Assembly (NCBI GenBank): GCA_973895155.1
Contig: OZ316898.1
Coordinates: forward strand, 2,517,927-2,581,926
Source of the DNA: Marsupella aquatica
Lineage: Eukaryota; Plantae; Marchantiophyta
DNA length: 64,000 nucleotides
Direction of reading: 5' to 3'
Under the pieces are notes generated by a model. It was not told the origin of the DNA and did no database searches. It worked only from the letters and a program-made list of their open reading frames with translations. This document shows positions 63,519 through 64,000 of this stretch, one piece after another. How positions within the stretch are numbered: position 1 is the stretch's first letter; each line of letters starts with the position of its first letter. The position numbers and the translations under genes are program-made.

Positions 63519-64000
63519 ACTGATATCTCGCGAGCTAGGAGGCAAGGATTACTCGCTGTTGGATATTTAAGCTCTCACACTGACCATCTCCTCTTAGGCC
63601 TCATCATGTACCTGGAAAAAACACATAGGAGTGATCAGGTGACGGTAATGGTGATGGTGACGGCAACGGCAGAGCAAACAAAAGTCCAACTCCCAGAATG
63701 CCTCGCCAGGTGGTCTGTGCTAACTCGTCTCACACTGATAACCTCGTTTCCTCGTCGACAATTCCCAACAATTTCACAGATTTCACTATTAGCGCAAAAC
63801 AGAAATATTGCCACTGTCTAAAAGTTGACGAGTTGTCTTTCAAAGCGAGAGATTCATTAATTTCATCAGTTAGATTCTCGTTCACGTCTTCCACGCGCAA
63901 GAAGTCGCAATCTCCCTTCTCTAGACCAATGAATACGGACAAGCTCCCAGAAAGTACTGTAAGCCATCGCTGTCGTACAGTGAGGGAAACAGAACTTGAG

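Noticed and set aside
58321-63821. Plus-strand ORFs (e.g. 179 aa, 208 aa) opposite the giant exon
   Set aside because: Antisense shadows of a long coding exon.

Overview
This is eukaryotic nuclear DNA from a land plant, most likely a bryophyte (inferred from protein and TE style). Intact multi-exon genes: a ~25-exon PRP28/RH21 spliceosomal DEAD-box helicase (798-9775, -), an MKK3-type MAPKK with a C-terminal NTF2 domain (26503-31317, +), an RSL1/RFA-type RBR E3 ligase with an N-terminal RNase-H-like domain (50852-53124, -), and a ~2005-aa mostly disordered protein whose C-terminus carries GILK, a Cys cluster and an RVxF-type motif, making it a candidate PP1-targeting subunit (56528-63518, -). 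There is also a heavily disrupted PLS-DYW RNA-editing PPR pseudogene (46144-48814) and an LTR-less but open Copia gag ORF behind a CpG-rich island (43214-44197). Intergenic space is layered TE debris: a full-length 7.3-kb L1-clade LINE with a 17-bp TSD, two short retroposed inserts with 15-17-bp TSDs, a solo LTR whose empty site survives in the neighbouring tandem-repeat unit, two stacked Helitron-type 3' ends with 18-bp minisatellites, a pogo-like MITE and four copies of an unnamed ~125-bp TIR element. No rRNA, tRNA or CRISPR array was recognised. Exon models were assembled by eye from GT-AG sites and protein motifs; no database searches were run.
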